Shown: in pieces, positions 40,941 to 52,598 of the stretch
How positions within the stretch are numbered: position 1 is the stretch's first letter
Layout: each line of letters opens with the position of its first letter
From: TPA_inf: Saccharomyces
Taxonomy: Eukaryota
Direction of reading: 5' to 3'
DNA length: 64,000 nt
Assembly: GCA_000146045.2 (NCBI GenBank)
Contig: BK006941.2
Location: 1,024,001 to 1,088,000 of the forward strand
Program-made: the position numbers and the translations under genes
The notes under the pieces: generated by a model
Told to the model about the DNA's origin: nothing
The model's database searches: none
Seen by the model: only the letters and a program-made list of their open reading frames with translations

Positions 40941-43221
40941 ACTGCACTAAATTGAAAATAATCGGCTAAGTTAGCTCTTCTGAGGACACCACTACCAGAA
41001 GAGTAAGATCTGAAAAATTTTCAGCAAGTATGGGAGCAAAAAAAGCTTTGCCCTTTTATATAAGATCTGCCTAAGAGAAGAAATAAAAGATACCAAGAGA
41101 ATCTAGCAGAGTGGCAAACGAACTACATAGCCTGTAAATACAGATTAGGCAGCAGCGTAGCGGATTTTCCTCAGGCATCGTCTCTCACGTGAAATCTGTG
41201 GGGGCACCAGCGTGACAGGGACGGTTCTAATGCTTTGCACTTTTCAACAACTTTTTTCCATAACCAAATGCCGGCAAAATGGCTTCGAAGAAGACGCGAG
41301 ACTTCATCCGCGAGTCATCTCGACATGACTATCTTTTGCTAGCCAACACGCCCCTCCGCAACTTCCCACGATAAAATTGTAAAGAACAGTACTGATGGAC
41401 AGAGATTTGCGCAGTGGCATTTTTTGAAAATAAAATGAAAAATTATATATATATATTCCATACATAGTATATAATATGAACTCGTTTGACTTGGAAAATT
41501 TTAGATGCAACAGGCAATATCGTTGGGCTTTTTTATTTGATCATTAGCTTATTTGAATATGAAGGTAATGACCAAGGGCTACTAATGTCTTTCTATTAAG
41601 CCGTTTTACAATTGTATATTTTGTAATTTGCATCGCAGTCATAACTTCTTGCAAGAAATAGTAGTTTCACACAATGAGGTAGTTTCGTTGGAGATGCAGT
41701 AATAATGCAGAATACGGATCTCACGGACCCCAAGAGAAAGCTACGCAATCTTACGGCTTGTAGGTTCTCAGTTCCCAATCGATGCAAAATGGGTAAGTAT
41801 TTTCAAGACTGAAATAAGGTCGCTTAGAAACGGTTATCCATTTACTATTATCTGGAAGCTGCTTTCCACAGCTACCTACTTTGGAGTAATGGTTTCCGGG
41901 AAGACTTCATCCTAGAGCCTCTTGCTGTTGTTATTCGAAGTTCAGATTCGTAAATGGTAGTACGTTCTGCTTTCGCAATGAATAACTAGGTCACATAAGC
42001 CCTAAATGCGTCAGTAGAAGATCAGATGCATTGACCACATCATATCCTTCTAAAGTAATTAATTGAGATTTAATATTTTTCGTACTGATGAGAAAGCTAA
42101 ACTAGTGCAACTATTATAGTCACATTTGTACGGAAAAGGCAGAAGCAAGAACAATGACTTGAAAGAGCGTATAGCTATTTAACCATTTCCATTTGTATGC
42201 TATAATTCAAGTATTTCCACACTCTTAACTAAAACGAATCAGAAGAGTAGGCTACTAAGAAAGATGGCTATCCTTAATAAGTACTATCCGACGTTGAATT
42301 GAAGATTAAACTGAGCCACACATTCCCATCTTCTGCACACTTAGTTCCTTATTTAGAGACTTTTATGATAAAAATTTCTTCCGTTCACTGTTAAACAACC
42401 TTGGGAACAATGCTGACTGTGCAGGAAAATGACCTATGTTTGAAGGATGTTGCCACATAATTGAGGCATGTTAGCAGAGCATTCCCTACCACTGGAAGGA
42501 GTGATGGTTGATGTATTTTCCATTGAGACTGTGACATTGTGATACGATACCTAATCAACGACCCTATATAACTCATTAAAAATGGCTTTCTAGAAGCTAC
42601 ATCTATTTGATTAAATTGGTTCCCATTTTCACAAATATTTTGCCACCTCTCCTTCTCGCCAAGGATTTGTACAAAATTAACAGACCTTTTAGAATAAATA
42701 TTAAATTTAGGTCAGCAGAATACGGCCACCATCTCATTCTTTACTAGATCAAGCGTCAATTCCAATAATTATAAAAATATAAGTCAAGAAAGCATCTTTC
42801 TTCGAGTCTCCTGCATTCGGTTTGCGTTCCTCTCTCGTTCTGCTTGACAAAAGAAAGAGTTTTTTATTCTCCTAACCAATAAATTGAAGCAATCAGCTAT
42901 AGGGTTAGATGTATTCGTTTTCCTTTCTGACCCCTTATGTCCCCATTTGGAAGTTCTAAACAAATGCCCTTTGGTGCCCAGTATATGTCAATGACGTCTG
43001 CTTGGCGAATCTCTGAATCATAAGTGTTACATAAAAATTAAGTATCTACGGCGCAGTACAACGCCTTCGTCTGGTTAAAATCGACTCTTCTGTCATTAAC
43101 ATAAGAACGTATAACAAAAAAAAAATTATATCAATGTATACATAAAGCTACCCAAAACAAACTAAAACATCACTTTTGTAGGGTTTCTTCGCACATTATC
43201 ATTATTATTCTTTGAGAATAC

Positions 43222-44991
43222 TCATTCGCTGATATATATTCTTCCTTCCCATGGCTTCAATGTTCTGGAAGAGGCATCTACCTCCTTCTTTGGATAGTTT
43301 CCAAACTCTAACTTGAACGATGAATCATCATTTGGAATCTTGAAATCTGTCGCATCAGAGCTAAAGTTCAAAGCCGCAAACAATGTTTTATTGTTGTACT
43401 TCTTTGTGAAGCTAAACAACTTCTTATTGTCTAAATCAATAAACTCGAAATCGTATCCGTACACAGTAATGTCTTTATGCGCCTTTCTAAACTTCAAGGC
43501 CTCCTTCCAGAAGTTCAAAACCGAGTTGGGATCCTTGATTTCATCTTCGACGTTAATGCCTTCTCTGAAAGAGTCGTTCAAGTAAAACCATGGTTTAGCA
43601 CTAGGACCAGAAAAACCAGCATTTGGCTCCTCACGAGACCATTGCATAGGTGTTCTAGCATGGTCCCTGGAGATAAGGGCAATGGCTTCTAAAAACTTTT
43701 TCATCTCCTCTGAGTTTTCCCCATGCTCTTCTTTAATGGCATTGTAGTTGTTTCTGATTTCGACATCCTCGTACTTTTCAACAGGCCAGTTCTTGAAATT
43801 GATTTGGCCAAGCTCTTGTCCCTGATACACATATAGAGTACCGGTCAAGGCACTTAGCAACACAGAGAGTAACTTACCAGAAATAACACGGTTCTTGGGA
43901 GAATCGTCACCAAATCTCGTAATTGAACGAGGTTGGTCGTGATTTTCCAGATAGATTGTTGACCAACAATCTGTACCATTAATGTACCTGAACAGCTCAG
44001 CAAGGGCAATCTTCCAATCCTTCAGTTCAAATGGGACCAAGTTGTAACGGAACAAAGGTGAAGTCCCCACATCAGTGTGGGAAAAGTTAAATAACTCACT
44101 AAGTTCGTGTCTTGAAGCACTCGTATAAAGTCTCTTAGTTTCGTCGGAGGCATGTTGCATTTCACCAACTGTCATAATCTCCCTGCCATCCTTCACTCTG
44201 TTTCTGATGAATTGATTCATTTCTTGATGGAACTCGTGAATACGTGGTCCATTCAATGTGTATGGATCACTGGATTGCCAAGTCGAGTTTTTGTCAACAA
44301 CAGGAGCATCTGGTAAACCTACAACTTTGGAGTACAAACTTCCGACATCAATTCTAAAGCCGTCTACACCATGGTCTAACCAGTATCCAACGGCACTTTC
44401 GTAGATTGCCTTTCTACAGTCTTCATTCTCCCAATTCAAATCAGGTTGAGTGGAGCAAAACAAACGCAAGTAGAATTCTTGTGTCTTTTCATCGAAGGTC
44501 CATGCGGAACCACCAAAATAGGATTTCCAATTGTTTGGAGGAATTGGCTTGCCTTCGGCGTCATAACCTTTAGGAGGTCTCCAGAAGAACCAGTCACGCT
44601 TTGGATTAGTCTTCGAGGATCTGCTCTCTTTGAACCATTCATGTTCGCTGGAACAGTGATTGATGACCAAGTCGGTGATAAATTTCATACCAAGCTTATG
44701 TGTCTTTTCGATCAAGGCAAAGCAGTCTTCATTCGTACCATATGTTGGCCAGACCTTTTCGTAGTTGGCAATATCGTAACCCATATCATCTTGTGGCGAG
44801 TCGTAGAATGGTGAGATCCAAATGGCATCGGCACCAAGCTCTTTGATGTACTCCAGCTTGGAGGCAATCCCTTTCATGTCACCCCAGCCATCGTCATTAG
44901 AGTCTTTGAAACTTGCTGGGTAAATTTGATAGAACGTGGCCTCTTTCCACCACTTTGGTTCTGTCTCTGGATGTGCAGAAGAAATAGTCAT
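43222..44991 (-). CDS. IMA1: Alpha-1,6-glucosidase (isomaltase), GH13
   Basis: 589-aa [22 protein letters not shown]..., GH13 alpha-glucosidase. About 70% identical to the MAL12 ORF in the same window. Confidence 0.88.
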
Positions 44992-46292
44992 CGATAGTAA
45001 ATATTACGTTGAAAAGCTTTGTTTGTATCTTGTTTGATCTGTGCTTGCTCGATTAATTTGAGACAGCTTTTTTATTTCAAAACAGGCGTCTAACCAAACG
45101 TCTAGCAACTCAATATCATTGCCCTTAAGTACTTTTTATTTCAAAAGGAGATCCTTTCTCATTCTGGGGTAAACTGTGGTATGACGAAAACCATGAAAAA
45201 TAAGGAACATAATTTATCCGAGTATTTCAACGATCCCAAGTACTGACATAAACTTTAGTAGCCAATTTATAGCGTGGGGTGCCTACTTCGTCACATTTGA
45301 TATCGTACAGCGAAAAAACATTAGTAACTTTATTTCCTTATTTCAGGGCCACTTTTCTCGAGAATAACGCTGCGTGCTGAGCGGTTGTTCACACCGCGGA
45401 GTTGGAAACTTTATTCTCCGAAATATTCTCCCCACTAAAATATCCTTACGTATTGTGAAACTTAGTTTTCTTTTTGTATTAGGGTGTAATTTCTTATTTT
45501 CCCTGTATTTCACCGCATGCAAATTCTTACGATATTTACTCCGGTAAACGCAGTTAAGAGCTATTGTCCGGTCCGACTGAATGAATATTCGGTTAGAAAC
45601 GCATATTTGTGGGGAAATAACAACCTCAAAGATATAGACGGAGCAGTACCGTAAGGTTTACAGAATGGCATGACCACCCACAATAAAGCAAGGACCTCGA
45701 GACACATGCCTTTCAAAATAGAAATAAAGGTTTTCGAACATCATTTTTCGCTTGTTGTATAGTAGTCTTTACAGTAACAGTGCATCTGAGTACAGGAACG
45801 ATTGTCTTGATAATATGTGAAAAGTGCACACGAAATTAGAGGGTGTCCTTTACAAGTATTCTTAGAAACACATTCAAGAGCACAAAAGTCGATGCTTTAA
45901 GGGTCAAGGTGGTGGAAAACTTGACTGGAATTCTTGACGAAAAAACAAGAAAAACGTGATTCGAGCAATCATAAACATACAGCCCCGTTCCAACCGGATC
46001 TTGAGGTTTCCCATTTTAGATGGAAATAAGCAGAGCAAAATAAAAATCTTGAACAAGTAATAGTGGTGACTGCAGGTTACGTTGGCATATAAAGTCCGGG
46101 TGACCTGGGTTTCCTGCACCACCAGCCCCCATATGCTAGCACAATGGGTTTTCTTTATCCCCGGTCATAATTACTCATTTTGCTATATTCTTCATAACTT
46201 AAGTACGCAGATAGAGAAAATTAATAATCTCGATATATATTAAAGTAAATGAAAAGTAGAAAATTTAGCCAGAACTCTTTTTTGCTTCGAGT

Positions 46293-47714
46293 ATGACTTT
46301 AACTAAGCAAACATGCGCCAAGCAGGCATGCGACTGCTGTCGTATTCGTCGAGTGAAATGCGATGGTAAAAGGCCGTGTAGCAGTTGCCTACAGAATAGT
46401 TTGGATTGCACTTATCTGCAACCGTCGAGAAAAAGAGGTCCGAAGTCCATTAGGTTGAGGAGCTTGAAAAGAATAGCAGAAGTGCAGAGGGAAAGCGGTC
46501 CTAACACCATTGCAACTGCTCCTGTAATATATAAGAGGGTTCCCAAAAAGCTAATCGATCAGTGCTTGCGGCTCTATCACGATAATTTATACGTAATCTG
46601 GCCCCTTCTTTCGTACGATGACCTTCACAAACTTCTGGAGGAAAAATACAATGACAATTACGTATATTGGTTTCTGACCGCTTTATCAGCGGCCACCCTC
46701 AGTGATTTACAAACTGAAATAAAATCTGAAGAGGAAGTCACTTTCACGGGAAAACAGTTATCTAATCTTTGCATCTCATCGTGTCAGCAATTTGACGATT
46801 TGGATAACAGCAATATATTCAATATTATGACGTACTACTGTTTGCATCGTAGCTTTGCACAAATATCGAACGCAAGAACTTCTTACAGACTCTGTTGTGA
46901 AGCGGTCGGTCTGATTACGGTAGCAGGGTTACATCGGGAAGAAACTTACGGATCCCTTACATTTGAAGAACAGCAACTTAGACGGAAACTTTATTACTTG
47001 CTTCTCATGACGGAGAGATACTATGCCATATATCTTCATTGTGCGACGAGCCTGGATGCCACAATAGCACCACCGCAACTTGAACTTGTAACTGATCCTC
47101 AGCTTTCTATGGACAGTTTCCTTGAAATGATTAGGGTATTTACTGTACCAGGAAAATGTTTCTTCGATGCTTTAGCCGCTGACTCTACAGATGCTTCTTG
47201 CACTGAAGAGTCATTGAAAAAGATATGGAACGAACTCCACACAACTTCCTCGGAAATAGAGCCATGGTCTAACGGTTACATAGACATCTCATTTTCCCGG
47301 CATTGGATTAGGATACTAGCATGGAAGCTAGCTTATCAAATGAGGGGTAGCAACTTTTCATTGAACGCTAACAATGGGCAAATACCAATAGAAATTGCGA
47401 GAGATATGTTAATAGACACTTACTTAACCCCAGAGAATCTTTACGATGTCCATGGTCCCGGGGTACCAGTGAAAACATTAGAAATAGCTACTGCTTTGGT
47501 GGACATTGTAGGCCAGTATGATCATAACATGAAATTAGAAGCATGGAATGTTTTGCATGATGTATGCAAATTTGCTTTTTCTTTAAACCACTATAACAAT
47601 GATATGCTGAAGAGATTTTCCACCAAATGCCAGAATGCCCTAATTACTCTGCCCATTTCTAAACCTTTACAATTGGATGGTTATCCCAAGGATAATGAAG
47701 ACATAGACCCTTGA
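46293..47714 (+). CDS. MAL13: MAL-activator family Zn2Cys6 transcription factor of the MAL1 locus
   Basis: 473-aa ORF with Zn(II)2Cys6 cluster CAKQACDCCRIRRVKCDGKRPCSSCLQNSLDC at residues 8-39. Confidence 0.85.
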   Translation: MTLTKQTCAKQACDCCRIRRVKCDGKRPCSSCLQNSLDCTYLQPSRKRGPKSIRLRSLKRIAEVQRESGPNTIATAPVIYKRVPKKLIDQCLRLYHDNLYVIWPLLSYDDLHKLLEEKYNDNYVYWFLTALSAATLSDLQTEIKSEEEVTFTGKQLSNLCISSCQQFDDLDNSNIFNIMTYYCLHRSFAQISNARTSYRLCCEAVGLITVAGLHREETYGSLTFEEQQLRRKLYYLLLMTERYYAIYLHCATSLDATIAPPQLELVTDPQLSMDSFLEMIRVFTVPGKCFFDALAADSTDASCTEESLKKIWNELHTTSSEIEPWSNGYIDISFSRHWIRILAWKLAYQMRGSNFSLNANNGQIPIEIARDMLIDTYLTPENLYDVHGPGVPVKTLEIATALVDIVGQYDHNMKLEAWNVLHDVCKFAFSLNHYNNDMLKRFSTKCQNALITLPISKPLQLDGYPKDNEDIDP

Positions 47715-49962
47715 TTAATTTTCATTTTTGTGCATCTCAACTTCCTGGTAAGTGATAGCTTTCCATTGTAGAAACTGTGTTTCCGCAACACAAGGGTAAA
47801 ATTCACTGCTAATTGCGACCCATTTTCATGAACAGAGTAATTAATTTTCTATTTGGAGGTCTACTTTTACAAGTATAAGACTGCTTCTTACCATGATGTC
47901 TCCCTATTGAAAATTATATTTAATAAAATACTTTTAGGCACGCTAACGTTAGCATTCTTCCCAGAATTCCTATACTAACAGTTTTCAGTATATATACACT
48001 TTTTTACTGAGTGCTAAGAGCCAGATTGGATGAGATGATTGTGTACTGATGGGAGACAAGTTTAGCTTGAATAGGCTAGCTGCAATATGGATACTTTCAC
48101 TCTCATCCTTTCGCTTTTGTGATTTAATTAGCATAATCAAGATGACTTTATATACAGCGCGTTGAAGCACTTAGTGCCATGTAATTACCTCATACTATTG
48201 TTGAAGAACTGTATAATAAAGTTTTGAAATTTTTCAGTGTTTGAGAAGTATTATATTTCCACATTGTAGCTAATGAAATCATACTTTCGTCAGCACTGAC
48301 GCTCAAATGAATGATATGAAGTATTGCTCGACCGTTATAATGGAGCACTAGTTGAAGGGCAGAGGAACAAGTGAAATACAACAGCTGAGTGCAGATAAGT
48401 GCTATGGTTTGTTGATAATATTACTTAGAAATGGTGTATTCAGCATTGATAAGAAAGGGGCGGTACTTTTTGCTACCATGTTGCTACCTCTGGGATTTGG
48501 ATATTTGAGTGAATCACCATTCGCTTATTCAATACAGAGAAGATAGATAAATGCCAGTTAATTTTAGGAGGCAAGATATTATTGTCATTTATGTTTGCCA
48601 TTTAAAGCAACATTTTTATGGCAGAACATAACATTAAAAGAATCCGATCTAAATTTAACTATAATAGTTACTAGATACGGACATATCTCTAGGAACTATG
48701 AAGGCTGAAATGTCTAGAACTTTGGAAAAGAGATGTCCTTTCTGCGTAGCTTAATTCATTTCCTTCCTAAAAAGTCCGTAGAAAGAACACTGCACCTCGC
48801 CTTGGGCAGGCTCCTCAGTGAAAACCGAAGAAAAAATACTACAAATAAAAGAAGCGCGATGATACTTGTTTTAGATATATGGTTTACATCTCACAGAAAA
48901 CACGTAGCCCTTGACGCGGGGAAATTAGAAAAGAAGCGATGTTTTTCACAATAATGCAATATATATCTCTATTCTTAGTAATAATAACAATATCTACTGA
49001 AGAAAAGTAATACGCCACATGAAGACTAACGACTTTATAACCTCTCGCAAGGCAGACGAGGACTGTCAGACCATTGAAAACTTGACGAACTTGTACACTA
49101 GTAGATTTCCCATATTCTTCCTCCGGTTTTTTGAAATCTTGTTTGACTTTATACTGAAAAATAGATCAAAGAAGCCATATCAGTGGCGGCTAATTAGGTA
49201 ATATTTATAAAACAATTCCATTATATTCAAATTCAAAGTGATAGATTTTTGAATCACAATTTCTAATTAGAACACCTTCACCACATACTGCTAACACGAA
49301 ATTTACCTAATTGTTTGTGAGGATGACGACCACATGGGTTTGATTTTTTTTACTAATCGCTTTTGTATATCAAATGCAATTTATTATTATTTTCATGTCA
49401 CCAAGAAAGAATAATTCTTTGAAATGGTTGTTTATATCCTCAGAATTGGAAAATTATTTGCCAAGCGATTGTGAAACTATGTGATATGTTTTGAGATATT
49501 TCATGAACCATATAGAATATGCATAGTATATCCCAATAAAGCATTGAATTATGAATGTCGTATCTCTATAAGCTCTCACATTAATGCTTCAAAAATACTT
49601 CATAAAACATTATAATATAGTTTAATGTGATTTTTGCGTGATTCTCTCCTTCTTTTTATTAAGTGTATGGACATTTAAAGTAACAGTTAATTGAGAATAC
49701 GGTTGACCTGGCATGTTGTTCGAATCAATATCCAGGCACAAGTACCAGGTGCTAAAGAAAAAGTACTCTCATATTTGCTTGATTGCTGCTTGGGCTATTT
49801 TAACTAACTACTAACAATATTTTGCTTAAAAAATGGTAAATATGAATGTTTTACAGAAAAATAAAAAATGTATATATATAAAATCTCGAGCTAGCTGAGG
49901 GTTTTGGGAGCAGTCAAAGGGATTCCTTATTTCTTCCAAAAAAAAAAAAACAACCCTTTTAC

Positions 49963-51813
49963 TTAACATTTATCAGCTGCATTTAATTCTCGCTGTTTTA
50001 TGCTTGAGGACTGACTGATACTCTCATCAGCTAGCGAATCATGTTGAGTTTTTCCCTTTCCGAATGGATCAACCACAGTAGATGCAAATTTTCTGGCAGG
50101 AACCCCTTGGTTGAAAAGTTCATTAATTTCACTGAAGGTTCTACCAGTTGTCTCAGGCAGATCGATGATGACCCAAGCTAAAGTGACTGCTGTGAAACCA
50201 CCCCAGTATAGACCAGTTTTGGCACCCCAGTTCCAATCGCTCACGTTTAGCATATAGGGCGTTAATATAGCGTTAATAACGGCCATGAGATTGTAGCAAA
50301 TACGGGCCAGCACTATAGTCTTAGTTCTCAACTCCGCTGATGGAATTTCAGCAACGATACAGTAAACAACTGCACCGATACCAGCATTGTAAAAGAATGA
50401 TAAAGCCAGCAATAAACCACCGGCACCATTACTAGCGCTGCTTCCAGAACCAAAACCCATTCCACCAATAATAAATAAGCAGACCATTTGAAATGCAAGA
50501 CCATAGGTCAGTATTGTCCATCTACCAACACGGCCAGATATTACCCAGGAGCAAAGTGTACCCGCTAACCCAAGACAGTACTGAATTAGAGAAAAAGTAA
50601 ACGCCTTGTCGGTGGCCATACCTGCTCTTTCAAAAAAATATGTCGAGTAACCAAGTAAAACGGCACCGCTACTATTTTGAGCTACCCAAGTTAAACATGC
50701 AAGTCTCGTTCTTCTTCCATTAACTCCCTTGAAACAATTAAAGAATGATCCTGATTTAGATGCTAAAAGTCTTTCTTTTTCAATAGTCAATTCAATCTGC
50801 TTTAAAGTAAGATCAACTTGAATGTCCTTCTCGGCGCCTTTACCACTCAAAATTCTGCTTAAAGATTTTCTTGCCTCAGCGACCCTATCCTTTCTCACCA
50901 ACCACCAGGGCGACTCAGGAGCGAAAAAGATACCGATCATTAAAGGAGCAGGCCAAATCCATTGTAAAGCAAATGGCAATTTATAGCCCAAGTCGGAGTT
51001 CCCTAAATTCTCTTGTGAGTTTTTCATAATACCAGAGGCGAAGATTTGACCAAATAACCAACAAATGTTGGAGTAACTGGTCATGTAATATCTTAATGCT
51101 AAAGGGCAAACTTCCGAAGCATAAGTAACAGCCAAACTTTGGAAACAACCCCATGGTATAGCTGAGAGAATTTGTCCCACAGCAATCATAGCTAAACTTT
51201 TACAGTAGTAGAGGATAAAGATATAAGCAGTTAACAAACCAAGTGCTGTAATCATCGTATAACGATTCCCCATAAATTCAACCATATAAGTCGTGATTTG
51301 CAAACCAATCATCTCACCACAAAGGACACACATGTTTAAACCAATCTGCCATTGGGAAGTAATTTCGTAAGAACCCTCCCCGTTCAAAGTACCGAATTTT
51401 CTCTGAAAAACTGGCAGGGCATACAGTGCGCTCAGTAGTGCGGTATCATAACCTTCCATAACCAGGGTAGTAGACACTAATATGGACCACAGGGCTGCTT
51501 TTGGATATTTTAGCAACGCCTGCTTCAAAGTCATGCTTTTTTCCTCGCTGTTAGCTTCATTTGCATCATCAGTAGCGTTCATCTCATTAATCACATTCTC
51601 GTTATCTTCGTCAGAATCTCCTAACTGGGCTGAATTGGTGGTGAACTCTAAGTGGTCTAGCTCAAAGGCACTATCCTTTTTCCCTTCTTCAAAATCTTCA
51701 GTATTGAAAACCTCCTGTTGGTTTACAATATCTCTTGAAGACTCAGAAATGTTTTTATCCTCATTTTTTGAGGCAGCCTTCTTCTTGCTTACCAATGAAA
51801 TGATATTTTTCAT
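49963..51813 (-). CDS. MAL11: MFS alpha-glucoside/H+ symporter (AGT1-type maltose/maltotriose permease)
   Basis: 616-aa ORF, MKNIISLVSKKKAASKNEDK..., with 12 predicted TM segments typical of sugar porters. Confidence 0.88.
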   Translation of the reverse strand: MKNIISLVSKKKAASKNEDKNISESSRDIVNQQEVFNTEDFEEGKKDSAFELDHLEFTTNSAQLGDSDEDNENVINEMNATDDANEANSEEKSMTLKQALLKYPKAALWSILVSTTLVMEGYDTALLSALYALPVFQRKFGTLNGEGSYEITSQWQIGLNMCVLCGEMIGLQITTYMVEFMGNRYTMITALGLLTAYIFILYYCKSLAMIAVGQILSAIPWGCFQSLAVTYASEVCPLALRYYMTSYSNICWLFGQIFASGIMKNSQENLGNSDLGYKLPFALQWIWPAPLMIGIFFAPESPWWLVRKDRVAEARKSLSRILSGKGAEKDIQVDLTLKQIELTIEKERLLASKSGSFFNCFKGVNGRRTRLACLTWVAQNSSGAVLLGYSTYFFERAGMATDKAFTFSLIQYCLGLAGTLCSWVISGRVGRWTILTYGLAFQMVCLFIIGGMGFGSGSSASNGAGGLLLALSFFYNAGIGAVVYCIVAEIPSAELRTKTIVLARICYNLMAVINAILTPYMLNVSDWNWGAKTGLYWGGFTAVTLAWVIIDLPETTGRTFSEINELFNQGVPARKFASTVVDPFGKGKTQHDSLADESISQSSSIKQRELNAADKC

Positions 51814-52287
51814 ATTATACTATTTTTTTAGTTGTTTGATGTTCTTCTATGTAGCATCAGAAAGAAACACCAACCCGAAAATTCTTCAAACAATCAATAC
51901 CAAACCGCTTTATATAAAAAATTAAGATGTCGACATTCCTTATTTTTTACTGAGTTCGTTAAAGTTGGGTACACTCTTGATTACTGTAATTGTCTCTGTA
52001 TGTCCCTCAAGCCCGGTACGTTGTCATTTTCTAGTACGCATCAACGGAGTGTTACATGATAGATAGACCGAGTAGAATCTATGGCTATGGGGTAATTAAA
52101 ACCTTAAAGCTCCTTTCGCTGCCATAGTAATACGAATAGACCTTGGCTATAGTAAGTTGCATCTGTACCGTAGAGATTCTTGCAACTCGCTTAAACTCTC
52201 GCTTTTAGATAATATTTCTCCTTATTGCGCGCTTCGTTGAAAATTTCGCTAAACACGGGGTTTAAGTTAAAGTTTACAGGATTTATC

Positions 52288-52302
52288 CGGAAATTTTCGC
52301 GG
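52288..52302. promoter_or_regulatory. CGG-N9-CGG Zn2Cys6-type site (candidate MAL-activator UAS) in the MAL11-MAL12 divergent promoter
   Basis: CCGGAAATTTTCGCGG, with a related half-repeat GAAAATTTCGC at 52238-52248. Lies midway between TATATAAA (51911-51918, for MAL11) and TATAAAAA (52490-52497, for MAL12). Confidence 0.5.
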
Positions 52303-52598
52303 ACCCCACACAATTAAGAATTGGCTCGAAGAGTGATAACGCATACTTTTCTTTTCTTTTTTTAGTTCCTAGCGTACCTAACGTAGGTAACATGATTTGG
52401 ATCGTGGGATGATACAAACAACGTAAGATGAATAGTTCCTTCCTCAATTCTTCTTGCAGCATCATTTTCTTGAGGCGCTCTGGGCAAGGTATAAAAAGTT
52501 CCATTAATACGTCTCTAAAAAATTAAATCATCCATCTCTTAAGCAGTTTTTTTGATAATCTCAAATGTACATCAGTCAAGCGTAACTAAATTACATAA

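Noticed and set aside
51482-51925. 147-aa plus-strand ORF overlapping the 5' third of MAL11 and its promoter (YGR290W-type)
   Set aside because: It lies entirely antisense to a well-supported transporter gene and has no recognisable domain. It is most likely a dubious ORF.
52283-52504. 73-aa minus-strand ORF inside the MAL11-MAL12 intergenic promoter (YGR291C-type)
   Set aside because: It overlaps the candidate UAS and the MAL12 TATA box. It is short and unconserved in appearance, so it is better interpreted as regulatory DNA.
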